Source of the DNA: Somniosus microcephalus
Lineage: Eukaryota
Direction: 5' to 3'
Assembly (NCBI GenBank): GCA_052327205.1
Contig: CM126203.1
Span: 94,426,001-94,490,000 of the forward strand
Length of the DNA stretch: 64,000 bases
Part shown: piece after piece, positions 13,135 through 26,090 of the stretch
Position numbering within the stretch: the stretch's first letter is position 1
How the letters are laid out: each line of letters starts with the position of its first letter
Program-made: the position numbers and the translations under genes
Notes under the pieces: model-generated
Seen by the model: only the letters and a program-made list of their open reading frames with translations
Databases searched by the model: none
Told to the model about the DNA's origin: nothing

Positions 13135-14085
13135 TTAGTTTAAACCCTCCCCAACAGCACTAGCAAACACTCCCCCTAGGACATCGGTCCCGGTCCCGCC
13201 CAGGTGCAAGCCGTCCAGTTTGTACTGGTCCCATCTCCCCCAGAACTGGTTCCAATGTCCCAGGAATTTGAATCCCTCCCCCTTGCACCATTCCTCTAGC
13301 CACGTATTCATCTGAAATATCCTTCTATTTCTACTCTGACTAGCACGTGGCACTGGTAGCAATCCTGAGATTACTACCTTGGAGGTCCTATTTTTTAATT
13401 TACCTCCTAACTCACTATATTCAGCTTTTAGGACTTCATCCCATTTTTTACCTATATCGTTGGTACCTATATGCACCACGACAACTGGTTGTTCACCCTC
13501 CCCCTCCAGAATGCCCTGCAGCCGCCCCGAGACATCCTTGACCCTTGCACCAGGGAGGCAACATACCATCCTGGAGTTTTGTTTGCGGCTGCAGAAACGC
13601 CTATCTATTCCCCTTACAATAGAATCCCCCAGCACTATAGCTCTCCCACTCTTTTTCCTCCTGTCCTGTGCAGCAGAACCACCCATGGTGCCAGGAAGTT
13701 GGCTGCTGCTGCCTTCCCCTGATAAGCCATCTCCCTCAACAATATCCAAAGTGGTATATCTGTTTGAGAGGGGGATGGCCACAGGGGACTCCTGCACTAC
13801 CTGCTTGCGCCTACTACTCTGCCTGGTGGTCACCCATTCCCTTCCTGCCTGTGCAGCCTTTACCTGCGGTGTGACCAACTCCCTAAACGTGCTATCCACG
13901 ATGTGCTCAGCATCGCGAATGCTCCAGTATGTATCCATTTGCAGCTCCAGCGCCACAATGCGGTCTGTCAATAGCTGCAGCTGGATACACTTCCCACACA
14001 CATGGTCGTCAGGGACACAGGAATTGTCCCTGATTTCCCACATAGCGCAGGAGGAGCATGCCACGGGGCCGAGCTGTCCTGCCAT
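13135..14085 (-). CDS. CR1-A ORF1p: zinc finger/leucine zipper + SGNH esterase domain, intact 316 aa
   Basis: CxxC...CxxC, heptad leucines, GDSI, HIGTND, DGLH motifs typical of CR1 esterase ORF1. Confidence 0.9.
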   Translation of the reverse strand: MAGQLGPVACSSCAMWEIRDNSCVPDDHVCGKCIQLQLLTDRIVALELQMDTYWSIRDAEHIVDSTFRELVTPQVKAAQAGREWVTTRQSSRRKQVVQESPVAIPLSNRYTTLDIVEGDGLSGEGSSSQLPGTMGGSAAQDRRKKSGRAIVLGDSIVRGIDRRFCSRKQNSRMVCCLPGARVKDVSGRLQGILEGEGEQPVVVVHIGTNDIGKKWDEVLKAEYSELGGKLKNRTSKVVISGLLPVPRASQSRNRRIFQMNTWLEEWCKGEGFKFLGHWNQFWGRWDQYKLDGLHLGGTGTDVLGGVFASAVGEGLN

Positions 14086-14294
14086 GAATTACCCTTTAAT
14101 TAATTTAAATCAAATCAATACCACTATTTACACTACAATTAAAGGATATACTCAAGGGCCCTTGGTTACTAGCACTCCCCAATACACAACAGAGACCTTA
14201 GAAACTATAACCACAAAAATTAAGACTGTCTAAATTTTATAAACTATTAATCTTAACTGTCAAACTATATAGTATAAATACTCACCTGGCCATA

Positions 14295-14708
14295 CTCACC
14301 CAATCAGCTGCTTCCTCTTGCCCGCGTCACTTTTTGAATCGTGACGTGGCTCCGGAATGCCGCCACCGGTCTGTAAGATTGGTAAGCCTCACCCAATCAG
14401 TTGCTTCCTCTTGCCCGCGTCACTTCTTGAATCGTGACGTGGCTCCGGGACACCGCCGCCGGTCTGAGAGATTGGTAAACCTCTGAAAGAAAGCCCGCGA
14501 AAGTGAGTTTAAGTACTCACTGTACCGCCGCTCTCTGCTCCTCCCGACGCTGGCCTCTGTAAAAAAAAAGCCCACGAAAGTGAGTTTAAGTACTCACTGT
14601 ACCGCTGTTCTCTGCTCCTCCCGACGCTGGCCTCTGTAAAAAAGCCCACGAAAGTGAGTATAAGTACTCACTGTACCACCGCTCTCTGCTCATCCCGACA
14701 CTGGCCTC
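14295..14708 (-). repeat. Tandem monomers in CR1-A 5' UTR (2 x 93 bp, 3 x ~75 bp)
   Basis: CTCACCCAATCAG...GTGACGTGG at 14295 and 14388; AAAGCCC.CGAAAGTGAGT...GGCCTCT at ~14491, ~14567, ~14641. Confidence 0.85.
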
Positions 14709-15420
14709 TAAAAATCTATCAATCTCAGTTTTGAAATTTTCAATTGACCTATCCTCAACTGCTTTTTGGGGAGACAGTTCCAGATTTCCACAACCTTTTG
14801 TGTGAAGAAGTGCTTTCTGACATCACCCCTGAACAGCCTAGCTCTAATTTTAATGTTATGCCTCCTTGTTCTGGACTCTCCCATCAGAAGAAATAGTTTC
14901 TCTCTATCTACCTTATCAAATCCTTTAATCATCTTAACCACTTAAAAATGATAACCCCTTAATCTTCTATATTCTGGAATCTGCAACCTATCCTCATAAT
15001 TTATCCCTTTTAGCCCCGGTATAATTCTGGTGAATCGGCGCTGCACTTTCTCCAATATCCTTCCTGAGGTGCGTGCCCAGAACTGAAGCAGTGCTCCAGA
15101 TGGGGTCGAACTAGAGCTCTGTACAGCTGTAACATCACTTCCACCCCTTTGTATTCCAGCCCTCTTGAGATAAAGGCTAACATCCCATTAGTCTTTTAAA
15201 TTATTTTTTTGTAGCTTTTAGTGATTTCTGTACTCTGACCCCTAAATCTCTCTGCTCGTCCACAGTTCCTAGCTTCTGGCCATTAAAAAATTACTCTGAT
15301 CTATTTTTCTTAGGTCCAAAGTGGATGACCTCACACTTCCCCACATTGAACTCCATCTGCCAGTTTTGCCCACTCACTTAATCTATCAATATCCCTTTGC
15401 AACTTTCTGCTCCCATCTCT
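14709..15420 (-). mobile_element. Older CR1 RT fragment (continues ~16345-16490)
   Basis: ORF 14708-14941 (KGFDKVDREKLF...FFTQKVVEIWN) and GPQGSLLGPQLFTIFIN near 16450. Confidence 0.75.
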
Positions 15421-16345
15421 TTTTTTAATTCATTCACGGGATGTGGGCATTGCTGGCAAGGCCAGCATTTATTGCCCTTAAATGCCCTCGAGAAGGTGGT
15501 GGTGAGCCGCCTTCTTGAACCGCTGTAGTCCATATGGTGAAGGTACTCCCACATTAGGGAGGGAGTGCCAGGATTTTGACCCGACAATGAAGGAACGGCG
15601 ATATATTTCCAAGTCAGGATAGTGTGTGATTTGAAGGGGAACTTAGAGGTGCTGGTGTTCCCATGCGCCTGCTGCCCTTGTCTTGTTGGGTGGTAGAGGT
15701 CGCAGGTTTGGGAAGTGCTGCCGCAGAAGCCTTGGCGAGTTGCTGTAGTGCATCTTGTAGATGGTACACACTGTAGACATGTTGTGCTGATGGTGGAATG
15801 GGGTAATTAGGCTGCTTTGTCCTGGGTGGTGTCGAGTTTCTTGAGTGTTGTTGGAGCTGCATTCATCCAGGCAAGTGGAGAGTATTCCATCACATTCCTG
15901 GCTTGTGCCTTATAGGTGGTGGAAAAGCTTTGAGGTCACCTGGTGAGTTACTCGCCTCTGACCTGCTCTTGTAGCCACAGTATTTATGTGGCTGGAATGG
16001 TGACCCCCAGGATGTTGATGGGGTGGGATTCCACAATGGTAATGCCATTGAATGTCATGGGGAGGTGGTTAGACTCTCTTTTGTTAGAGATAGTCATTGC
16101 CTGGCGTGAATGTTACTTGCCACTTATCAGCCCAAACCTGAATGTTGTCCAGGCCTTGCTGCATACGGGCATTGACTGCTTCATTATCTGAGGAGTTGTG
16201 AATGGAACTGAACACTGTGCAATCATCTGCAAACATCTCCATTTCTGACCTTATGATGGAGGGAAGGTCATTGATGAAGCAGCTGAAGATGTTTGGGCCT
16301 AGGACACTGCCCTGAGGAACTCCTGCAGCGATGTCCTGGGCCTGA
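15421..16345 (-). mobile_element. 3' part of a second non-LTR retrotransposon family, degenerate
   Basis: A-rich tail at ~15421, degenerate RT including QGSVL and FADD-like sequence; a related piece occurs at ~31850-31990. Confidence 0.6.
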
Positions 16346-16619
16346 GATGTTCTACCCTATTTACTGTGCCAGCTAACTTGGTGTCATGAGTAAACTTAGA
16401 TATATGGTTCTCTATTCCTTCATCCAAGTGATTTATAAATATCGTGAAAAGCTGAGGACCCAGTAGAGATCCCTGGGGGCCTCCAACAGTCATATAGTAC
16501 CAAAAATCAGAACGCGCGGGCCTCCAATTGTAAGTCATTGGGGCTTTTTCTCCTCCCAATTTTTATCCCGCTACCATGCTGCTTACAGCTGCAAAAAGGA
16601 GTAGCAAGATGGAAAGCAT

Positions 16620-17750
16620 GATGGTTTAGGTGGCAGACAGGCTGAGGTAGTGGTGGAGGCAAATAATGTTACAGGGATGGAAGTAGGCAGCCATTTGTGA
16701 TGGAAAGGATAGGGTCTTAGAAGCTTAGCTCGGGGTCAAACTGGAGGCTGAGGTTGTGACCACGTTGGTTCAGCCTGAGGCTGTGGCCAGGGAGAGGGAT
16801 GGAGTCGGTGGTGAGAGTACAGAGTATTGGCCAAAAATGATGATTCCGATCTTCCCAGCTTCCCGCTGTATGAAATTCATGTCTGAATGTCAAATAGCCT
16901 GACAGCATAGAAACAATTAAGGGGTTGAGAGAGGTCGTGGTAAGATAGAACTAGGTGTCATCAGTGTACATGTCAAAGCTAAACCCAAGGCTGCGGACGA
17001 TATCACCAAGGGACAGCATGTGTAAGTGGAAAGGGCCAAGGATGGATCCCTGGGAGACTCTGGATGCGACGGTACAAAAGTGGAAAGAAAAACCACCGAC
17101 AGAGATGCTCTGGCTACCATCGGAAAGGCAAGAGCGGGACCAAACAAGGACAGTCCCACCAAGCTGGACAAAGGAAAAGAGGCTTTGCAGGAAATGATGT
17201 GTTGACCAAGTCACTGGCTGTAGGGAGGTCAATGAATGAGAATGTCATTTGTAATGTTACTTGGGACCATTTAGGTGCTGTGGGATGGGATGGAAACCTG
17301 ACAGAGGGATTCAAACATGGAGTTGTGGAAGAGATGGACAAGGATCTGGGAGGTAACAATACATTCAAGGACTTTGCAAAGGACTGGGAGGTTGAAGATG
17401 GGGGGGGCGGTGCTGTTAGTGATTACAGGGAAATCAAAGACAGGAGTTTTGAAGAGGAATGATGAAGAAAGTACGAGGGAACTATTTACAATGTTAGCTA
17501 GCATGGAGACCAGGAAGGGAAGCTGGGTGCTTAGTTTACTGCGAATGGGGTCAAGGGAGCAGGAGGTAGGTCTCATGAGTGAGATGAGCTTGGAGATTTG
17601 AGAAGAATTGGGATTGGGGGGGCGTGGAATGAGATACTAGACCGAGGGGGTTCAATGCTAGGGTGAAGGGGATGAGGGAGGTTTGGCTTGGCGGGAAGAG
17701 GGGAATGCAGCCAAGAAACGTGAATGGATTGTCTCCATCTTAATGACAAA
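16620..17750 (-). mobile_element. Degenerate L2 LINE RT fragment
   Basis: VSQGSILGP, YTDDT, FDPELSF, RPTSCSLDPI motifs in short ORFs; similar to 37167-37982. Confidence 0.75.
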
Positions 17751-19425
17751 AATCCATGATCAAATGAAATAGGAATAAATGATTATGGGGAGTTCAGTGC
17801 CACATTAACTTACAGGAGCTTTTTACTAGCACTCCTAGAGAACCCCAACTAAACAAACAAGCTACTTGGAGACTTCGTGCCCCTGAAAACCAGGAAGTTG
17901 CTGCCGGAGCCTCAATTCAAAAATTAACCTTGGATCGGTCCAAAATCTACAAACGTGGCATCCCCGAGCCCTCTTTTACAAGATTTCCAGAAGTGATGAT
18001 AGATGTTCTAAATAAGATCCAGCAGAGGTATATTTGAACCCATTTTCTTAGGCTGCTGTTATTCGGGATATAGAAGCCGAGTTAAGTGGGACTCAATATC
18101 TCTTCCTGCTCTTCATCCAAAACCTGTGGCTGGATGTACCAACACTTCTCTGCTTTAGTGGCATTGCACACACATCACCCACGCCACGAGCTTGACTTAC
18201 TTTAAGGGATAAAAATAATTTACCACTAATAATGTAAAAACTGTTCCCTTTTTTTATGAACAGTTGGTTTGAAGTTAACTTCTCAAAGGCCAGGAGTTGG
18301 GACCTAACATATGTGGTGTGTGAGCCATGGAAAGTAAAACCAGCTTATTTGACAATATGTGCATTTATCAAATGAAAATTTTCTAAACACATTCATTGTA
18401 ACAAAATGAGAAAATGCTGGAACTCAAAAGCAGAATCAGTAAAGATCAATAACTTTCACCATCTCAAAATGTGACCAGCAGTTTAAAAAAGCCTGAAAAA
18501 AATCACAAAAACACAGAACCAGGCACATCCCGAACAATGGAGGCTAGATTTTACTTGCTTCCAAATCTCCTCTAGACTAACAGCTCTGGAATAGTGGTTC
18601 TCCCTCTTGCTTTTAGTTATTCATCTATTACTTTCTCCATTCCCCATTCAGCGGAATCCCCACACCACAATCCCACTAGTAGGAGGTGCACAAGAAGGGC
18701 CTATGGTAAGTCTTCCTCGGATTTTCCCTCCCTGCAGGGAAGTAACGTGTCTGCTCACTGCTCCTATTGGCAGATTGCGAACTCACCCCATTGAGAATTG
18801 AGTGGTAAAAAAAACACATGTTTCAACTCTGTGGAACAGATGCTGCTCCAGTGCACTGGCAGCACTGGAATAAAATGATTTTATATCAACACAAAGGTTT
18901 ATGGGAGAAGTTTTTTTTTATTGTATCATCCAATGCAGAATACAGAATAAAAAAAATCTTTCAAAAGAGAATTGGATATACACTTGAAAAGGAAAGATTT
19001 GCAGGGCTATGGGGAAAGAGCACGGGAGTGGGACTAATTGGAGAGCTCTTTCAAAGGGCCGGCACAGGCGCGATGGGTCGAATGGCCTACTTGTGTGCCG
19101 TATGATTCTATGAAAGAACTACAGGCCAGCCATTACAGCACAATGTGGATTACCTACTCTGTTCCAAGATGCTGTGCAATAACAAGAGTTCTGTACTGTT
19201 AACTGACACAAATAGCCTAGGGGGAAGATTGCTGCTGTGTGCTATTTAGAGCAAAATCTTAAGTCGTGAACAAATACAGCATTTATGATTTCACTATGAA
19301 TTGCAAACAGCAGAAATCATCACCACCCACCCCCCTCAACCTTTGTGAAAAAGTTATTTGTAATGTATTTTTATTGTAGTGGTATTGAACTTAAACAAAC
19401 AAAGTGAGGCATGTATATCAAGTCC

Positions 19426-19431
19426 TTTATT
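19426..19431 (-). promoter_or_regulatory. Candidate LSM6 polyadenylation signal AATAAA (second candidate 19370-19375)
   Basis: TTTATT on + strand ~340 and ~400 nt downstream of the LSM6 stop. Confidence 0.45.
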
Positions 19432-19769
19432 CACAACATTTTCAGCAGTGCATTAACTTCTCCCTAAACAGGTATTTAGCTTTATGCACTTCCAAAACAG
19501 GCCAGTGCTTGCCTGGATGACACTTCATGTTTGATACATACATACATCATAGCCATTATCCACTTCTGAGAAAATGTATACCAAAATAAGACAACAAATA
19601 TTTCCAGAAAATGTAAATCATTCTTACTCATGAAAAACTCAGTTATGTACTGCAGATAACCAAAATTTGAAAAGAACTATGGAACAAGACTGACTTTTAA
19701 AAAAAAAAGAATAAAACCATTTTTTTGGTTTTTAAAATCAAAAACAAAATGTTTGGTACACAACATCGT

Positions 19770-19804
19770 CTAAAGTCTTCTCTTCTGTGTGCTTATATAC
19801 AACA
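19770..19804 (-). CDS. LSM6: LSM6 last coding exon (35 nt incl. stop)
   Basis: Polypyrimidine tract + CAG acceptor; encodes (V)LYISTQKRRL*. Confidence 0.95.
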
Positions 19805-20993
19805 CTGAAAGAAAAAGAAAAAATGTAAAGATTCTCTAGTTTTTACCTTCTCAAACTGAGGCAATCCACATATTCCAGCCATGTCATAGAGAGGGAGGCA
19901 GCTTCCTTCTAAACACTCAATGGCAACTTTCCAATAAAAAGGCGATACTGTGACAAGTTTACTGCATTTAATATACTATTTTAAAAATTGAATGCTTTGT
20001 TGCTGAGTAAGCTGATTGGTACGTTGAAGATGAGAAAAGCAACGATGAAGACATGAATCAAGACTGGTTTCACTCATTTTCCTGAGGGAGGTTTTTAAAC
20101 AAGTATTACTTTGTAAAGAGATAGACAGACTAGTTAAACTGCCAGAATAGCATTACATTTATCAGACTTTCTCAGCCTAGAAAGATCCCTGTTCCCAGTC
20201 TCTAAATCATTAAAATTTGTATTATTGGATATTTTGCCAAGAGTTACTTCTCATGGTCCAAGGTCCTTCCTTTTCTTCATTAGACCATCAGAGCAGCACC
20301 TTACATCAAGTAGGTGGAATGCTTGATACAGTAAAAATCGAGGGGGAATTCAATTAAAGGTTATGAATATTTTATATTTTAAATACTTTGATATACTTTG
20401 GAATGCATAATTAGAGGAAAAGCTTCTAAACAAAATCACAGCACCACTGACCGATGATGAGGGAAGGGGAAAATGCCAGGGGCTCAGACGGTCTATTTTG
20501 CTCAGTGACACAAGCAAGCATGGGCCGTTAGGCCAGGTCTCAAAATATTTCATTCTCACAGAAAAACAGGAAGGAAAATACAAGTCCCCAAATGGCTCAA
20601 ATGCCATAGTGTGACTTGGAAAAATATCCAGGAATGAGTTCAGGTAAAGTGGCATTTGTGGATGTGTGAGAAAAAGCAAAGCAAAGCTCACAACTGTTGC
20701 CATAGCAACTCTACCAAGATCACAACAATATCATATTTAAAAGCAAACATCTTATTTTTCTTCTAGAAAGAGGAAGTGACAGAATGAGAAAGAATCAAGA
20801 GACAATAAGAAAAACAGAGTCAGAGAGAACATGAGAGAGACACACACAACAGACAAGCAGAATGACAGTTACAGGAAGATAATTTTTTTCAAAAGCCTTT
20901 GCCTAGAATCAACACCATGGCAGTTTTATAATTTAATATAATGCAAAGAGAATTTTCAGATTCTATTAGGAAGAGAAAAAAAAGTCAATTTAC

Positions 20994-21107
20994 CATTGTT
21001 GCCTCGAATAAATGCATCTCCGTACTTGTTCTTAAGTTGACCATTTACATATTCTTCTGTTTGTTCCAATGCTATATTCATATACCCATCCAGACAAGCC
21101 AAAACAC
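20994..21107 (-). CDS. LSM6: LSM6 middle coding exon (114 nt)
   Basis: CAG...GT boundaries, phase 1 both ends; (G)VLACLDGYMNIALEQTEEYVNGQLKNKYGDAFIRGNN. Confidence 0.97.
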
Positions 21108-21952
21108 CTGGCAAATATGAGACAGGTGCAATTACAATATATTACAACCCAGTTCTAGAATGCTCAATGCGATTGGTTACAATGTCTGGTTATAATACTG
21201 ATTTATACAACCTGGTCACAGTTTGCATAGGACTAAATGTGGATTTGATGGTACATTACATTTTTGCCACGACCTATAGACTTCACTGAGTGACATTGGA
21301 TGGCAGCACAAGAATATCATTCCTTATATTACACTAGAATAAAAACATACAATAAAAGGATACTATCAGAACTATTCCTCTGCAAGATACTCCCTAAAAT
21401 TGACAGTTAATATTGAACTAATCCCAATTTTAAAATGGAAGATTACTAGTTTCACGTGACACTTGAGCTGATGGGAGAATTCATCCCTTCAATAGTTAGA
21501 GCATTCTACTTAAGTGGCACGTTTCATATTTTCATTGAGGAAGACGAGGAGGGAAAGAAGGGGGGAAAAAAAGACAACATCCATCTTGTTACAGTAATAC
21601 AAGTCTTCAGCTAGTTGATAATAGAACAGCATCAGGAATAGATGCTGAAATGCTTTACCATTGTAGGCAGAGGAAGCTATTTATAGGCAGGAGAATCTAG
21701 TACTGAAACACTGAGGATTTAAATTTATTTTATCAAGTGTAAAACAGCCTTTTAGTTTCCACATACAACATGCACCACAAAAATAGCAGCACTGCAAACA
21801 TAACTTGAATGTTCTCAGCAGCAGGAACTCTCTGGTGGTCTCAAGGTAATTAGATTAAGCTTACTTTTTCTCCTCTTAAAAGATATGCCCATTACAACTG
21901 GTCTTTTTACTCTAGCACTTCTTAAGAATCTAAGAGGGCCAATATGTATTAC

Positions 21953-22046
21953 CTCGATAATCCACGCCCGAGTTCAGTTTGACCACCACTGGTCTCCCTA
22001 TGATCTGTTTTAGAAAATCGCTGGGCGTTTGCTTTCGCAGGCTCAT
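21953..22046 (-). CDS. LSM6: LSM6 first coding exon (94 coding nt; exon extends to acceptor at 22069). U6 snRNA-associated Sm-like protein LSm6, 80 aa total
   Basis: MSLRKQTPSDFLKQIIGRPVVVKLNSGVDYR; GT donor at 21952-21951; 94+114+35=243 nt = 80 aa + stop. Confidence 0.97.
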
Positions 22047-22344
22047 TTTGTATCCTTCAGCCTATACACCTGCACAAGGAAAGAAACATGTCCTCAATAA
22101 TACAACTAACATTAATAATTCAAATAGGACTTTTCAAAGGACTGACAAAGGTTTCTGCACATTTGCAAATGGTGCCCATGAGTGGGGGACAGAGAGACAG
22201 AGGCGCACAAATAGGGTGCCAGGTGTGGGCCGAGAACTCTTTTCCCAAAAATTTCAACTGGAGTTCAATAGTTTAATATAATGCAGGGAAAATTTGAGTG
22301 CTTTTAGGAAAAAATTAAAGTCAACTTAATTTGTTTCTTTAAGT

Positions 22345-22710
22345 GCCAACCTTAGGCTCAGTGGTAGCACTCTCGCCTCCGTCAGAAAGTAATGGGTTCT
22401 AGCCCCACACCAGAGACGTGTGCACATTATCTAGGCCGACACTTCACTGCAGTACTCTGGGAGTGCTGCACTGTCAGTGGTGCCATCGTTTAAGCGAGAC
22501 GTTAAACTGAGCTCCTGGTGTCCTGGCCAACATTTATCCCTCAACCAACACCACTAAAATAGATTATCTGGTCATTTATTTCATAGTTGTTTGTGGGACC
22601 TTGCTGTGCACCAATTGAGGCCCTGTTTACCTACATTACACATTACTTAATTTGTTGTGAAACATTTTGGGACATCCTGAGGGTATGAAATGCACTATAA
22701 TTGCAGATTT
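22345..22710 (+). mobile_element. tRNA-derived SINE (Deu/SacSINE-like)
   Basis: A-box GGCTCAGTGGTAG, B-box-like GGTTCTAGCCCC, L2-like 3' end TGGGACATCCTGAGG. Confidence 0.65.
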
Positions 22711-22956
22711 GTTTTTTCTTTCTTTCGCTTTTAAGTTTGGTTACACATAAAGATCTGTAGAAATTGTATTGAGATGCCAGGGAACTCAAGTCAGAGGCTC
22801 TCCATAACCTAATGAAATTACTGGTTGAGCAAGTGAAGATTAGCTCTGCATTTGAACTTCCATACACAATGAGCAGATTGCCAGGCAATAATACAGTTTC
22901 AAAGTAATTATGCCAAGTTTTACCTTAGTCCTGTGCATTAATCCGCCCCTGCTAAC

Positions 22957-24910
22957 ACATAAGGACATAAGAAATAGGAGCTGGAGTCGGCCATTTGGCC
23001 CTTCGAGCCTGCTCCGCCATTCAATAAGATCATGGCTGATCTTCTACCTCAACTCCACCTTCCTACACTATTCCCATATCCCTTAATTACCTTAGTTCTC
23101 CCAAACCTATCGATCTCGGTCTTGAATATACTCAACGACTGAGCATCCACAGCTCACTGGGGCAGAGAATTCCAAAGATTCACAACTCTGAGTGAAAAAA
23201 TTTCTCCTCATCTCAGTCTTAAATGGCTGACCCCTTATTCTGTGACTGTGACCCTGTGTTCTAGATTCCCCAGCCAGGGTAAACATTTTCCCAGCATTAA
23301 CCCTGTCAAGCCCCTTAAGAATTTTATATGTTTCAATTAGATCACCTCCTCTAAACTCTAAGGAATATAGGCCTAGTCTACTCAATCTCTCCTCATAGGG
23401 CAATCCCCTCATCCCAGGAACCAGTCTTGTGAACCTTCGCTGCACTCCCTTCCAAGGCAAGTATGTCTTTCCTTAGGTAAGGAGACCAGAACTGTACACA
23501 GTGCTCCAGGTGTGGCCTCACCAATGCCCTCACCAATGCCCTGTATAATTGTAGTAAGACTTCTTTTACTCTTATACTCTAATTCCTTTGTAACAAAAGC
23601 TAACCTACCATTTGATTTCCTAATTGCTTGCTGTATCTGCATGTTTACTTTCTGTGATTCATGTACAAGGACACCCAGATCCCTCTGAATGCAAACATTT
23701 CCCAGTCTCTCACCATTCAAAAAATATTCTTTTTTGTTTTTCCTACCAAAGTGGCTAACTTCACACTTCCCCACATTGTATTCCATTTGCCATGTTCTTG
23801 CCCACTTGATGTCAGGCTAACTGGCCTATAGTTCCCCATTTTTCTCTTCCTCCTTTCTTAAATAACAGGGTTATGTTTGCTACCTTCCAATCCTTGGGGA
23901 CTGTTCTAAAATCTAGGGAATTCTAGAAGATTAATAACAGTGCATCCACTATCTCTGCAGCTACCTCTTTTAAAATCCTAGGATGCAGGTCATCAAGTCC
24001 AGGGGATTTGTCGCCACTTAGTCCCATTAATTTCTCCAGTACTACGGCTTTACTTATCCTGATTTCTTTAAGTTCCTCATTCTCTCTAGACCCTTGGTTC
24101 CACATTATTTCCAGAATGTTTTTTGTGTCTTCCACCATGATGACAGATACAAAGTATTTGTTTAATGTCTCTGGCATTTCCTTATTCCCCATTATAATTT
24201 CTCCTGCCTCTGTCTCTAATGAGCCCACATTTACTTTCACTAATCTCTTCCTATTTACATACCTATAGAAACGTTTACAATCTGTTTTTAGGTCTCTTGC
24301 TAATTTACTCTCTTTTTTCTCTTTCCTTATCAATTTCTTGGTCCTCCTTTGCTGAATTCTAAAATCCTCCCAATCCTCAGGCTTACTACTCTTTTTGGCA
24401 ACATTATAAACCTCTTCCTTTGATCTAACACTATCTTTAACTTCTCTGGTTAGCCACGATTGGACCACTTTTCCTGTGGGGTTTTTGTGCCTTAAAATAA
24501 TGTATATTTGTTGTAAATTATGTATTAATTCTTTAAATGCTAGCCATTGCTTGTCTACCATCATACCTTTTAATGTAGTTTCCCAATCTACCTTAGCCAG
24601 CTCGCCTCTCATACCTACGTAGTTTGCTTTGTTTAGATTTAAGACCCTAGTTTCAGATTTAACTAAATCACTTTCAAACTCAATATAAAATTCTATCATA
24701 TTATGGTTACGCTTCCCTAAAGGCCCGTTTATTACAAGGTTATTAATTAACCTTTTCTCATTGCACAATACTAGATCTAAAATAGCCTGTTCCATCGTTG
24801 GTTCTTCAACATACTGATCTAGAAAACTATCTTGTATACATTCCATGAATTTGTCCTCCACACTATTACTGCAAATTTGGTTTGCCCAGTCTATATGTAG
24901 ATTAAAGTCT
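22957..24910 (-). mobile_element. CR1 LINE fragment with internal deletion, in LSM6 intron 1
   Basis: ACATAAG tail; ORFs 23107-23460, 23409-23786, 23923-24861 homologous to CR1 ORF2; RT core missing near 23810. Confidence 0.85.
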
Positions 24911-25082
24911 ACAAAATGTTAATGAAGCTGCAGCAATCTACTTTAACAAAGAAGTCTGGTTTAAGAACAAGCAATCTTTATGTTGCTATTGTAATTAGAC
25001 TCTTTTTACAAAACTGCCATCACAATCACCTCATTTCTTCAGTTATACATCATCCTACAGTAATGCATATAGCAAGTTTTTG

Positions 25083-25520
25083 GATGACACAAGAACTGAG
25101 AGGATATACGTATCAGGAAAGGCTGAACAGGCTGTGGCTCTTTTCTCTTAAAAAGAGAAGGCTGAGGGGTGACCTAATAGAAGTCTTTAAAATTATGAAG
25201 GTTTGCTAGGGTAGACGTTTCCACTTGTGGGATAGACCAAACCTAAGGGCCATAAATATAAGATAGTCACTAATAAATCCAATAAGGAATTCAGGTAAAA
25301 CTTCTTTACCCAATTTGGAACTCACTACCACAAAGAGTAGTTGAGGCGAATAGCAGATGCATTTAAGGGGAAACTAGATAAACACATGAGGGGAAAGGAA
25401 TAGGAGACGCAGATAAGGTGAGATGAAGAGGGGTGGGACTAGGCTCGTGTGGAGCATAAACATCAGCATAGACCAGATGGGCCGAATGGCCTGTTTCTGT
25501 GCTGTAAACTCAATGTAATT
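25083..25520 (+). mobile_element. CR1 3' fragment
   Basis: YQERLNRLWLFSLKKRRLRGDLIEVFKIMK and terminal ATGGGCCGAATGGCCTG motif. Confidence 0.75.
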
Positions 25521-25806
25521 CTCTGCAATAGTTATAGAATTCTTATACAAATTATATATTAAGATCTGTCTTTTTATACCAGCAGGTACCTTTAATAAAC
25601 AGTAGAAAAGATGAATGTAAACAGAAAGGAAGATGATTTGAGTTCACCAGGCCCCAGTCACAGCTCAGATACAAACTTCACACAGACACTGAAAACATCA
25701 CGGATTCTCCAAGCAGGCCTCAGGTACTTGCCGCAAGCCCGAGTGAGTGGAGTGAAGCCCAGCTCCTGCTGCACACCACCCAGATAGAATTTCGAACCAC
25801 ACTTAC

Positions 25807-26090
25807 AATTCACTAACTGCTCGATTCGAACGTGGCCCGGACGTTTCCAGAATCTCCCCTCCCAAACTCCACACAATCCACCAATCAATTCGAACGTGGC
25901 CCGTACGGTTCCAGAATCTCCCCTCCCAAACTCCACACAATCCACCAATCGCGTGCCCAAGCACCCGCCTGTCACCGCTACGGAAGCTCTGCTGGAAAAA
26001 AATTGACAAAAAAAGTCGATTCAAACGTTCAAGTTTTGATGTCGTGTAAAGATACCGGAATTGTTTCTCGCGCGCGATTGTGCAACAAAT
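25807..26090 (-). promoter_or_regulatory. Probable LSM6 non-coding first exon and CpG-rich promoter
   Basis: Consensus donor GTAAGT at 25806-25801, local CpG enrichment, CCAAT and CGGAAG motifs, TCTCGCGCGCGA at ~26066; the ATG exon has an acceptor, so an upstream exon is required. TSS not determined. Confidence 0.55.

Larger units (their letters stand above)
2454..14708 (-). mobile_element. Near full-length CR1 LINE (CR1-A), split by Gypsy element A at 5119-12762
   Basis: ACATAGAA tail at 2454, ORF2 RT/endonuclease pieces 2547-5118, endonuclease N-terminus 12768-12960, ORF1 13135-14085, tandem-repeat 5' UTR to ~14708; removing element A and one CTACC restores contiguous endonuclease sequence. 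Confidence 0.9.

Noticed and set aside
14491-14708. CRISPR-like repeats with a palindrome
   Set aside because: Contiguous tandem units without unique spacers, in a vertebrate LINE 5' UTR.
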